Source: a virus (lineage: Duplodnaviria > Caudoviricetes). Taken from it: 64,000 nt of DNA. Position 1 is the stretch's first letter, and each line of letters opens with the position of its first letter. Location: positions 1 to 64,000 of the IMG/VR virus record IMGVR_UViG_2706795806_000001; one strand, written 5' to 3'. Under the pieces are notes generated by a model. It was not told where the DNA came from. It saw only the letters and a list, made by a program, of their open reading frames with translations, and made no database searches. The position numbers were made by a program, and so were the translations under genes. Below, one piece after another: positions 53,107-61,812 of the stretch.

Positions 53107-53292
53107 ATGCTAAACAATCCACTATTAAACGACCATCAAACTATCTTGCTAAACTCCAAAGGCTATGAGCTTGTACAGTCAAACCTAGACGGACAATACA
53201 ACCTAGTGGACAATAGAAATGGCTTAGTTATACATAGCACTCATAAGCTTTCTATCATGGTCAAATACCTATCAGGAATGAGCTACATATAA
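53107..53292 (+). CDS. Small early protein
   Basis: AAGG RBS; last plus-strand gene of the region. Confidence 0.55.
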   Translation: MLNNPLLNDHQTILLNSKGYELVQSNLDGQYNLVDNRNGLVIHSTHKLSIMVKYLSGMSYI

Positions 53293-53802
53293 CAATTAGT
53301 TAGGTGTAAGCCTTCTATTCATAACATGTAGTTATAATTAACTACTCATTAGTAGCCTACTGTCATGCAGTGGGCTTTCTGTCGTCTGTAATCACAGCAC
53401 ACACATATCTAACACAGCCATAGGCACTATGTCCACTCTAAATGGCTATGTAAGCTCGTTTAAGCTCATGTAAGGGCTATGGGTATGTCATTGTACCACT
53501 CATATATAAACAACGCTTAAAACGCATTAGAGAAGCTTACAGAGCTGATGCCATCCCATACCACGATATTAGATAAAAGTCAAAAGTTAAATCGTTAGAT
53601 ATTTGTAAAGTTTTGTAGATATTTCAATTCTTCAGTTGACTTTATTTCAGGGGTGTGGTAGGGTCTGTTAAAGCCATAATCTGATAATACCTCAAGAATA
53701 AAACTCTGTAGATATTTTGACCTATAGAAAAAGACCTCAAGAAATATAAACTCAAGGTCTAAAAATTTTAAAAATCGAAAATGCACCTAGAAATAAAATT
53801 CC

Positions 53803-54796
53803 CTAGTCACCATAAATTTTCTTGTATGCTTCTGATCCAACCCTCACTCCTTCTGCTGTAAATTCAGGAGGTGGATAGTTTTTATCATGATCCTCAACTA
53901 CCCAACCACACTCACAAACTCCATAGACATAGATACACTTATGAGGTCTACTTTCTTCTTCCACTGGAACTTTCCCAGCAAGAGCCGATCTTAGATCATA
54001 GTACAACTTCATCTCAAGGTTTCCCGAAGGAGTGAAGTCATCAAGAATTGCTTCTATCAGTTTTAATTTATCCGACATCTTCATTTGGAATCTTCTCCAG
54101 AATCTCTGCCAATGTTTTCAAAGTATCCCCTGATAAAACCACACGAGCTGTATTGTTGATACGACCTGATAGCAAATTTATCTGTTTTGATATGTTTAGA
54201 AAACTCTTCAGCTTTGATGCTATACGTGGCACTTCATCTTTAGCTCTTCGACCCATTCCGATATAAAAGTTCTTATCTTTCTCTGGATCATAGGCATTCA
54301 ATTTCTCAATCACTCTTTCTAGTTGATGAGTGTCCATCTCTATGGATAAGTCTGTCATAATTAATCTCCTCTTTTGGTTTGTGCATGACACAGTTCATAA
54401 CACTCTTGATCTGCTCCTTCTCATACTCTGTAAGTTTTGAGATGGCATCTAGGGCTTTATAGAAGTTCCTACTTCTGTTATTCAAGTCTAGCATTATATC
54501 ACAGCTATTAGCATGTAAGGTATCCATGTACAAAACGATAGATACCAAATAAATGCGACAAGACCTATCAGGATAATCCAGTCAATAATCTTGCCTACCA
54601 CCTATGCCACCACTGTAATAGCGAATGACTCATCATCCATAATCAACTTACCTTCAGTGAGTAGCAACTCGACATCACCACTGCACATATCAATTCCTTT
54701 TAAATATTGTCTTAGATATTCTTCAGTATCGAATACCTTTAAATCTACATCAATGTAATTTCTTGGTGTAGAAGCTACAGCTAAAACGTAACTCAT
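53803..54796 (-). other. Small hypothetical genes at the distal end of the minus-strand operon
   Basis: ORFs 53803, 54068, 54306 and 54602 with RBSs. Confidence 0.5.
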
Positions 54797-54805
54797 ATTT
54801 TCCTC

Positions 54806-55129
54806 CTATTGTACACAAGTCTTTTGTCCATCCGTTACAACTAAGACAGAACATTTACTGTAATCGAAATCACTGGATTTGTCTGTTTCAGCCTCTTTAG
54901 GGATACATACAACTTCATTCTTACTGTTCAGTTTGAAGTTCATCCCATTTAGTGTGCAAGTACGTCTGTCACGAGCTTGTTGATCTGGGAGGCTACGAGA
55001 GCCATCCTTATCTCTTACTGTACTGACATCTTCATCACTCTTTAATGCTGGGAAGATTATAGATGCCAAAATCCCAATAATAGCCACTACAATCATTAAC
55101 TCAATTAGAGTGAAACCTTTGTTTTTCAT
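54806..55129 (-). CDS. Type IV prepilin-like protein (class III signal peptide)
   Basis: MKNKG/FTLIELMIVVAIIGILASI; E at +5; two Cys pairs including a terminal C-x11-C; AGGTGG RBS. Confidence 0.85.
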   Translation of the reverse strand: MKNKGFTLIELMIVVAIIGILASIIFPALKSDEDVSTVRDKDGSRSLPDQQARDRRTCTLNGMNFKLNSKNEVVCIPKEAETDKSSDFDYSKCSVLVVTDGQKTCVQ

Positions 55130-56284
55130 AACACCACCTATGTAGTTTTTGTCCGTAGTATATTGACTCAGGACAATGTTCAAAATATCCGTAAGCCCAA
55201 TAACCTACGCACTTACCTCTAGCCCAATAAGACTTCTCAGAGGTACAAGGGCTTCCCCAAGCCTCCAAGCTATCTTCGACCCTTTCAGATATTCTACCGT
55301 ACCTGATTAGGAAGTACAAGGACTTTAAGAATAAAACAAGTTTAGTATATTGTTCTGTAACAAACATCCCTACCTCCTATTGGAAGAATGATATTGTCAA
55401 ACTTCCTTTCTCTGATCTTCCCACAATGCTTGCACTTACCAATATCGTATGAGAATAAGTACCAGCGATTAAATGCTTTAGGATAGTTTGGATGACCTCT
55501 TTTACATTCATGCTCCCAGTAATGAACCTCTTCGATTCGCTCAAATTCGCATGTGTGGAACAGCCTCCAGATTAAACCTTTCTTCCGTGTGTTGACGATA
55601 ATCGGCATGGTACACTCTCCAAAATTTTAAACTTAATACTTGCAGAGAACCAAGATGTAGAATCATTAAAGATTTGTCCATATTCAACTGCTTCGACCTT
55701 GAAACGACTAAAAGCTTTAGGCATCTTACTTGCTGGGTATGTGGTGCATTCCCTCTCCCACCCATTTAGGGAGTACAGTTGAGCATCTGCTGAGTATCCC
55801 TCTTGGTATCTACCAAAATCAACCACCTTATCTACAACTTGATGGTATTTTGAGATATCTTCAGCGACATAAAACTCTTTACCTAGTGGAATGTTTCTAT
55901 TCAGGTGGTCAATGGCATTGAATCCATTTTGACTACTAAACCTGAACTGCTTCATTAGTTCAAATTCATCACCTTCACTGAGTTTAATAATCTTCAGGAT
56001 TTCATCCTCCCAGAGATTCAACCTTTTAGCCATCAAACTTTCCTCCCATAAAATTTATAAAACACTGTATCTGGTAGCGTAAAGAATCTTCCATCAAGAG
56101 TGAGGTATGTGATCCTTACATCTTCATACTCTCGACCTGATATTGGCATCTTATGCTTAGACTTCCTAAGTTCAACTACATGGACATCTTCTCTATCATC
56201 TCCCCATATCCCAATATACTTTGGAGATAACAATCTTAATACAGATAGTGCAAACTTATTGATTATCAACATTCTCTCAAGCAT
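55101..56284 (-). other. Four small hypothetical genes
   Basis: Overlapping ORFs 55101, 55342, 55572 and 56033. Confidence 0.5.
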
Positions 56285-56292
56285 ACAACCTC

Positions 56293-56532
56293 CTAAATTG
56301 GGAAAACTTTTGTTGTGTCCACAGATTTAAATTTCTCTTGAAACTCTGCCAGAGGTCTTGAGTAGATAACTCCACCCTCACTAACATACACAACAGTTTG
56401 TGGGAAGCCAGCACGACCTGAATACTCATTAGAGATAAACAGAACTCGATACTTGTTACCTGTTTTTGTGTGGATATACTCTCTTGACATTTTTGCCAAC
56501 AACTTTAAAAGTAGAAGTTTCACCATTTCCAA
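56293..56532 (-). CDS. DUF1653-like protein
   Basis: Y.H.K.GN.Y.V...VVY......Y.RP..EF..KF. Confidence 0.7.
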   Translation of the reverse strand: MEMVKLLLLKLLAKMSREYIHTKTGNKYRVLFISNEYSGRAGFPQTVVYVSEGGVIYSRPLAEFQEKFKSVDTTKVFPI

Positions 56533-56686
56533 TATACTCCTTGATGACTATAGATGTCATAACATGCAAACATCAATAGTATTGCGAAAATTACACGACA
56601 CATTAATGTCGCTTGTGTTGTTGTGCAGAAACCCTCTACCCAAACAAAAAATGCCACCAATGCCGTGAGCATTGCTACTGCTAATA

Positions 56687-57055
56687 TCATCTGCTGTTCT
56701 CCAAATATGTCCGAATCACATCACCGTGACACTTCTCTGGTTTACAGAAGCAAACCAATGTCACAGGACTTTTACGACTTAACTCTAAAACCTTGTTTAG
56801 TGCAAGGTAAGAGTGTTCAGACAATCTCCTGTTGTATAGGTCAAATTCAAACTTCTCTATTGCACACTCCCTAGACTCAACTTTTACAACATCTTTGTAT
56901 CGTGAATCTTTGTGGGTGTAAATATTACCTAAAGGGCTTCCACGACCTATGTATACGTGTGACCCATTAATAAATCCAGTGTCAAACATATCAATATGCT
57001 CAACACCCATCTTTACCACAGATATCGGATTATCATCAAACATTTTATCCCTCAC
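56687..57055 (-). CDS. DUF4326-like protein
   Basis: YIGRGSPLGN and LVCFCKP..CHGDVI. Confidence 0.75.
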   Translation of the reverse strand: MRDKMFDDNPISVVKMGVEHIDMFDTGFINGSHVYIGRGSPLGNIYTHKDSRYKDVVKVESRECAIEKFEFDLYNRRLSEHSYLALNKVLELSRKSPVTLVCFCKPEKCHGDVIRTYLENSR

Positions 57056-57242
57056 AATGATCTTGTAGTGTCTTCAGTAGGTGATTGTAATCCTTCTCCA
57101 TACATTCGTCAAGAACTTTTACTATCTCACTGCTAGTGAATCCTGACTCTTTAGCACAAGATTCCCAATGTGCCATTAATACAAAAGCATTTCCATCTTT
57201 ACCTTCCAGATTACATACAGCTTTCTTATTTACAATACTCAT
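57045..57242 (-). CDS. Hypothetical protein
   Basis: L.G.DGNAF motif; AGGAG RBS. Confidence 0.6.
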   Translation of the reverse strand: MSIVNKKAVCNLEGKDGNAFVLMAHWESCAKESGFTSSEIVKVLDECMEKDYNHLLKTLQDHCEG

Positions 57243-57299
57243 ATTACTCTCCTAAATTAATTTCCCTCGATAGAGGGTACGAACCACGCCTGTCGGCAA

Positions 57300-57337
57300 C
57301 AAAAAAGACCTGCAAGCAGTCTAACGCTTCAGGTCTC
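57300..57337 (-). terminator. Intrinsic terminator
   Basis: AGACCTGAAGC...GCTTGCAGGTCT plus T6 on the minus strand. Confidence 0.7.
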
Positions 57338-57342
57338 TTGTG

Positions 57343-57624
57343 TCAAGTAACTTGTTCTAAAATTTTCTGGAAAAACAGCATTGCAAACAACTCATCATCA
57401 TCCATACCAAGAAACCCTGATTGGTCAATCTCTTTTGCAAGACCATCAACACATCCAGATGCACCTTCAAGTAGCTCACTAAGCTCTTGTAACTGCTCTT
57501 CAGAGCAATCAGATTTAATTCCATTGAACACATCACCAACTTTCTTCATGTCCTCTCTGAACCTAGTAGCGTTCTCAGGAGTCATATTACTTAAAGCATT
57601 CTTTGCAATATCGAAGCTAGTCAT
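57343..57624 (-). CDS. Hypothetical protein
   Basis: GGAG RBS before MTSFD. Confidence 0.55.
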   Translation of the reverse strand: MTSFDIAKNALSNMTPENATRFREDMKKVGDVFNGIKSDCSEEQLQELSELLEGASGCVDGLAKEIDQSGFLGMDDDELFAMLFFQKILEQVT

Positions 57625-58066
57625 AACTCCCTCCAGAACAACTTGAGCTTCCAGAGTCACTACCACTATCACTTGAATATGATGGTGTAGGTGAACTATA
57701 TCCACCAGAGCAACGATCATCATCTCTGTGGCTGTTTGAGCTGAGAGCCGATCCCACTACCATCCCTGTCATCATGTGGTCATTTGATGTATTGTGGTGT
57801 ATATGGTTAGATAACCCAGTGTGCCTACTTGAAGATACACTAGAACCAACAGAAGGCGACCTAGTTGGAATCTTAGCCTCTTGCACAATAGGTTTACTCT
57901 TCAGGCTACCAGAAACTGATACCGAACTCTTAATCACATTTATGTCAACAGGTTTCTGTGGTGAAACTTTCTTGGATTTCTTACTCATCTTTCTGAGGTA
58001 CAGACCACCAAGAATTGTTAGAGATAAGATAAATAAAATTAAAAATACTAAGCAAAATGTCGGCAT
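57617..58066 (-). CDS. Membrane-anchored protein with Ser/Gly-rich tail
   Basis: N-terminal TM; C-terminal SSDSGSDSGSSSCSGG. Confidence 0.65.
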   Translation of the reverse strand: MPTFCLVFLILFILSLTILGGLYLRKMSKKSKKVSPQKPVDINVIKSSVSVSGSLKSKPIVQEAKIPTRSPSVGSSVSSSRHTGLSNHIHHNTSNDHMMTGMVVGSALSSNSHRDDDRCSGGYSSPTPSYSSDSGSDSGSSSCSGGSYD

Positions 58067-58139
58067 AGTTTACTCCTTAAATTGTAGAAATGATAAGTTG
58101 CGAAATCGTATGAAACTCCCAACCAAAATAGTGTAACCA

Positions 58140-58751
58140 TTATAAATCCTCCCGAATAACCTTTGAGTTGACCCCATTCTTCATTAGGGCTGTTCTTAGG
58201 TTGTTTAACCTTTCCTCTGTAATCTCCTCTACGGACTGGTTTGTCATTCCGTATGGTTCAGACTCAAACTCATATAGAGTTATGTCTGAGAGCGTTACAG
58301 ACTTCCTTAATCTGTGGTTCTTGTCTCCAACAACCTTAAACTTTCTCGTAAGTACCTTAATAACTAAAATAGGCAATACCTCCTAAAACAACAACCAAGA
58401 AATTAGCATATCTAAACCAATTGAGGTCGAACCCATCCTCATAGAGTTCGTCCCCAATGTATTTAATTAAATATAAAATTAAAATGTAGTATAGCATCAA
58501 ACTTTGGAATTCACACGATATGCACCTTTTCCATATAACGCATCACAAGCTTTCTGTGCTTTGTCTCGTGTAGGGCATTTGAAGTATGTCTTCCATCCAA
58601 GAGCATTCATGATCCAGAACCCTGAAGCACACTCTACAACATCGTAGTTTCTCGGATTGTCGATATAAGTCCTTACACCAACAATATAAACAACACCACC
58701 AGATAATGTTGCCTTCTGAATATCCTGTTCTTTAGAATCTTTAATAGCCAT
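58140..58751 (-). other. Small hypothetical genes
   Basis: ORFs 58140-58376 and 58497-58751 with GGAGG RBS. Confidence 0.5.
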
Positions 58752-58806
58752 GTCTTCCTCCAATATTTGATAAGTTGGTGAGTTTCCTCACCGTCTATTA
58801 TACATA

Positions 58807-59043
58807 TTAATTCTGATTATTCAACCTTTGCTTTAGCTCTTGTATTTCGCTTTGGCTTTGAGTCAGGTTCGCTTGTAGCGTTACTTGGCTTGTTTCCAGT
58901 GTTGCTATTTTCGCTTCCAACTGAGATGCTGTCACCTTTAGTCTCTTCTTGCTCTTTAGCTTCTCCTGTACCAGACTCACTCCCGATTGTATCAGTGGCT
59001 TCAGTACCAGATTTATTACCAGTGGACTCTTCAGTATATTCAT
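58807..59043 (-). CDS. Coiled-coil small protein nested in the upstream gene
   Basis: AAGGAG RBS; heptad C-terminus. Confidence 0.55.
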   Translation of the reverse strand: MNILKSPLVINLVLKPLIQSGVSLVQEKLKSKKRLKVTASQLEAKIATLETSQVTLQANLTQSQSEIQELKQRLNNQN

Positions 59044-59212
59044 TATTTACTCCTTCATATAAAACCATAGTGATTACGATATTTCCAAATTGTCGATTAC
59101 ATTGTAGAGGTAGAGGTTCATACCCTTTATTTGTTAAATCGAATACAAATTTCGCTAGTGTAAAAGCATCTGCTGTACAAATAACTTTGTGATCTAAGAT
59201 CAAACGACTCAT
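58817..59212 (-). CDS. Hypothetical protein with disordered C-tail
   Basis: AAGGAG RBS; first gene after the promoter at 59270. Confidence 0.6.
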   Translation of the reverse strand: MSRLILDHKVICTADAFTLAKFVFDLTNKGYEPLPLQCNRQFGNIVITMVLYEGVNNEYTEESTGNKSGTEATDTIGSESGTGEAKEQEETKGDSISVGSENSNTGNKPSNATSEPDSKPKRNTRAKAKVE

Positions 59213-59242
59213 AATTAACTCCTTTCCGTTGAATGAGGTTGT

Positions 59243-59270
59243 ATTATACATGACATCATGTAGAAGTCAA
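59243..59270 (-). promoter_or_regulatory. Promoter of the minus-strand operon
   Basis: TTGACT-16-TATAAT with palindrome TACATGA-CA-TCATGTA in the spacer. Confidence 0.75.
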
Positions 59271-59566
59271 GACTTAATTTCATTATCTTGCACATTACAA
59301 AAGGTAACAATAATAAACTTGACAAATCAATATTTCATGGTACTATAACTTTAGTTATCATTCTTTACGGAGTAAATTATATATTCATTAAGTTATTATC
59401 ATTCTTTATTGTCTTTGTTTGTTCTTTAAGTTATTTTCTTTAAGAATAAACAAACAACTGTAATAATTATATAAATAAAATATTTAATTAATTACCAGTC
59501 AAATATATTTAATATAATAAATAATTAATTGTCAATACCTGTTTACATTTCTTTACACTAATTGTC

Positions 59567-59597
59567 TTGACTTTTCAGGAATCTGTGGTATAGTATT
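59567..59597 (+). promoter_or_regulatory. Promoter, copy 1 upstream of the tRNA cluster
   Basis: TTGACTTTTCAGGAATCTGTGGTATAGT, extended -10. Confidence 0.7.
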
Positions 59598-59643
59598 ATC
59601 ATGAATTAGGAAATTTGTCAACAACTAAATTGGAGAATGTAGT

Positions 59644-59817
59644 ATGAGATGTATCTGCTGTGATACTCCTCTACAATCTTTTGATGATCCTGATATGTGC
59701 AAGGTTTGTATTAAAGCAAGTGAGGATGATACAACAAAATATCGTGATCCACAACATGCACTTATCACTGATAAAGATTTTAGAGTAAAGTATAACCCAC
59801 ACAAACCATTACGGTGA
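59644..59817 (+). CDS. Small zinc-finger protein (absent from ORF track)
   Basis: MRCICCD...CKVC, 57 aa, GGAG upstream. Confidence 0.55.
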   Translation: MRCICCDTPLQSFDDPDMCKVCIKASEDDTTKYRDPQHALITDKDFRVKYNPHKPLR

Positions 59818-59842
59818 GTTACAAAACTTTACAATATAGTTC

Positions 59843-59873
59843 TTGACTTTTCAGAAAACTGTGGTATTATATT
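59843..59873 (+). promoter_or_regulatory. Promoter, copy 2 upstream of the tRNA cluster
   Basis: TTGACTTTTCAGAAAACTGTGGTATTAT, a near-duplicate of the 59567 promoter. Confidence 0.7.
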
Positions 59874-59972
59874 AGTATAGTTTGAAGTTATTCCAATAAT
59901 TAATTTAAAGTTACCTCCGATAACCAAAAACAATTAATTTAATATTTTAATTAATTATAGGATATCAGATTT

Positions 59973-60061
59973 GGTAGATAGCGTCAAGGTGACAAAGTGG
60001 ATTTGAAATCCATGCTATTGGTTAGTAGCCGATAAGGGTTCGATTCCTTTATCTACCTCCA
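59973..60061 (+). tRNA. tRNA-Ser(TGA)
   Basis: Cloverleaf, long variable arm, TTCGA, CCA. Confidence 0.85.
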
Positions 60062-60063
60062 AA

Positions 60064-60151
60064 GGGAGTTAGACGACTGTTGGTTGGTCGTAGCAGACTG
60101 TAAATCTGCCCTCACAAAGCATCATTGGTTCGATTCCAATAGCTCCCACCA
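60064..60151 (+). tRNA. tRNA-Tyr(GTA)
   Basis: GCAGA-CTGTAAA-TCTGC, CCA. Confidence 0.9.
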
Positions 60152-60158
60152 AGATTAT

Positions 60159-60247
60159 AGAGAATAAATAGCTTAGGTAGCTAGACTCCCTGCTAAGGAG
60201 ATCGACTGATTAAATCGGTTTCGTTTCGAGTACGATGTTCTCTGCCA
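60159..60247 (+). tRNA. tRNA-Ser(GCT)
   Basis: CTCC-CTGCTAA-GGAG, long variable arm, GCCA. Confidence 0.8.
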
Positions 60248-60350
60248 TACATGCTTCGAGGTATTTCGCTACCGAAGATGTTGGGTTTGCCAGTATGACT
60301 TTAGGAAACTGGAATTAATTTTTTTAAATAATTTAATTATGAGGTGTTAT

Positions 60351-60593
60351 ATGTTTGGTAAGAAAGTTACTTGTGCGAACAAGATTGCTAGTAAATCATT
60401 AGATGTTTTTGCTGGTGCTAAGGAACAGATTCAAAGTGGTATGGATGAGATTGTAGCCAATCGTGCTAATCGTGTTGTCTTGAAAGAAGAGTTACAAGCT
60501 CAGTTAGCTGAAGTTTGTGGCGAGATTGACAAAGATGATGAAAATCTTGCACTTTTGAAAGGTAAATTAGAAAGTATTGATAAACTGATTTAA
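60351..60593 (+). CDS. Small coiled-coil protein
   Basis: GAGGT RBS. Confidence 0.6.
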   Translation: MFGKKVTCANKIASKSLDVFAGAKEQIQSGMDEIVANRANRVVLKEELQAQLAEVCGEIDKDDENLALLKGKLESIDKLI

Positions 60594-60662
60594 TCGGTTT
60601 TGAGATAGGCGGTGAATAAGGAATTCTCGAATAATGGATATTACAAGAGACACCGCCACCTT

Positions 60663-60738
60663 ACGTCATTGGTCGAGCGGATTAGGCATCACACTTCTAA
60701 TGTGACTTACAGGGGTTCGAATCCTCTATGGCGTACCA
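60663..60738 (+). tRNA. tRNA-Arg(TCT)
   Basis: TCACA-CTTCTAA-TGTGA, CCA. Confidence 0.9.
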
Positions 60739-60825
60739 AGATTTATTATGGATGAATACAGATCATCGAAGCAGTTTAGCTACCCTGATTGGTTTGAGCA
60801 ATATTCATCACATAATAAATTTTAA

Positions 60826-60900
60826 GGGTTGGTAACTCAGTGGTAGAGTGACTGTCTGAAGAACAGTAGGTCGTAAGTTCGATTCTTACCCTTCCCACCA
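60826..60900 (+). tRNA. tRNA-Phe(GAA)
   Basis: ACTGT-CTGAAGA-ACAGT; two U-U pairs in the acceptor stem. Confidence 0.85.
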
Positions 60901-61017
60901 AATATAAACTGTGGAGATATAGTCCGATGTTTTGATGCAGTTCGTAACTGCCTAGCTACAGTGTTGTAGGTCATGTTAATCACGGATTGTGGTGGTTCGA
61001 CTCCACCTCTAAACAAT

Positions 61018-61092
61018 AGCGGTATAGTGTAATAGGTAGCACGAAAGGCTCATAACCTTTTAGTTCGGGTTCGATTCCCGATACCGCAACCA
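61018..61092 (+). tRNA. tRNA-Met(CAT), 1:72 mismatch (initiator-like)
   Basis: AAAGG-CTCATAA-CCTTT, CCA. Confidence 0.85.
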
Positions 61093-61098
61093 AACAAT

Positions 61099-61174
61099 GG
61101 TCGATTAGCTCAGTTGGTAGAGCAGTAGCCCGATAAGCTATTGGTCGCTGGTTCAAATCCAGCATCGACTACCA
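61099..61174 (+). tRNA. tRNA-Ile(GAT)
   Basis: GTAGC-CCGATAA-GCTAT, CCA. Confidence 0.85.
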
Positions 61175-61180
61175 TTTAAT

Positions 61181-61266
61181 TCTTGTGTAGACAAACTGGT
61201 AAAGTCAGTGGACTGTTAATCCACCGCTTAATTGCACTGTAGGTTCGAAGCCTACCACAAGAGCCA
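61181..61266 (+). tRNA. tRNA-Asn(GTT) with long variable arm
   Basis: GTGGA-CTGTTAA-TCCAC, GCCA. Confidence 0.85.
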
Positions 61267-61272
61267 AACAAT

Positions 61273-61349
61273 CAGGGTATAGGGCAGTCTGGTAGCCTAT
61301 TTCTTTTGGAAAGAAAATGTCGATGGTTCAAATCCATCTACCTTGACCA
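61273..61349 (+). tRNA. tRNA-Pro(TGG)
   Basis: TTTCT-TTTGGAA-AGAAA, CCA. Confidence 0.88.
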
Positions 61350-61354
61350 ATTAA

Positions 61355-61638
61355 GTTGTGTATCGTCGGCTGTCGTGAAAACGATAAAGGTTATACTCAA
61401 AAGTGACATGGTACTGGGACAGGCAATTGCTCCTCCTTTTATCAGTGGAATTATGATCGCCACGAAGGATCGTATTACCCAGTGAAATGATATCTAAGTA
61501 ACTGGCAAGATGATAAGGAGTTCTCGAATATCTCTTTGTAAAACGCTCGAAATCGAAATTATCATGTGGAAGTATTTACAGGAGATGCACTATCGGTTGG
61601 CGGTAGGTTAAGTTGGTTCGAATCCAACCCCATGACCA
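61355..61638 (+). ncRNA. Candidate structured RNA ending in T-arm + CCA
   Basis: GTTGG-TTCGAAT-CCAAC-CCCATGACCA 3' end; several complementary blocks; no D or anticodon arm. Confidence 0.45.
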
Positions 61639-61688
61639 AATTTAAATTTACCTACATGAGTGTAACTGATATGGTTGTAGGTAATTTT

Positions 61689-61764
61689 GGCTCTGTAGCA
61701 TAGCGGATTATGCGCCTCCCTGTCTAGGAGAAAAACGAGGGTTCGAGTCCCTTCAGAGTCGCCA
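61689..61764 (+). tRNA. tRNA-Asp(GTC)
   Basis: CTCC-CTGTCTA-GGAG, GCCA. Confidence 0.88.
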
Positions 61765-61812
61765 ATATAGGTTTTGGATTGCTGTCGAAAGACTCCCCCA
61801 GAGCCGACAAAT

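Larger units (their letters stand above)
43990..53292 (+). repeat. Early region of repeated promoter + (CATACCAAGC)AAACAAC(TTAAAAGG) leader cassettes
   Basis: About 13 copies, near 44027, 45184, 45572, 46020, 46527, 47110, 47649, 48397, 49078, 49888, 50618, 51024 and 52628. Confidence 0.85.

Noticed and set aside
43990-53292. CRISPR array or integron cassette array
   Set aside because: Repeats are promoter/leader sequences separated by whole genes at irregular spacing; no cas genes, integrase or attC-type structure
58807-59212. Rz/Rz1 spanin pair
   Set aside because: Nested arrangement but no lipobox, no TM anchor and no neighbouring lysis genes
61355-61638. tmRNA, RNase P RNA or intron-containing tRNA
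   Set aside because: No GGGG 5' acceptor with G3-U70, no tag ORF, no RNase P P4 consensus, and no group I core or 5' tRNA half recognised
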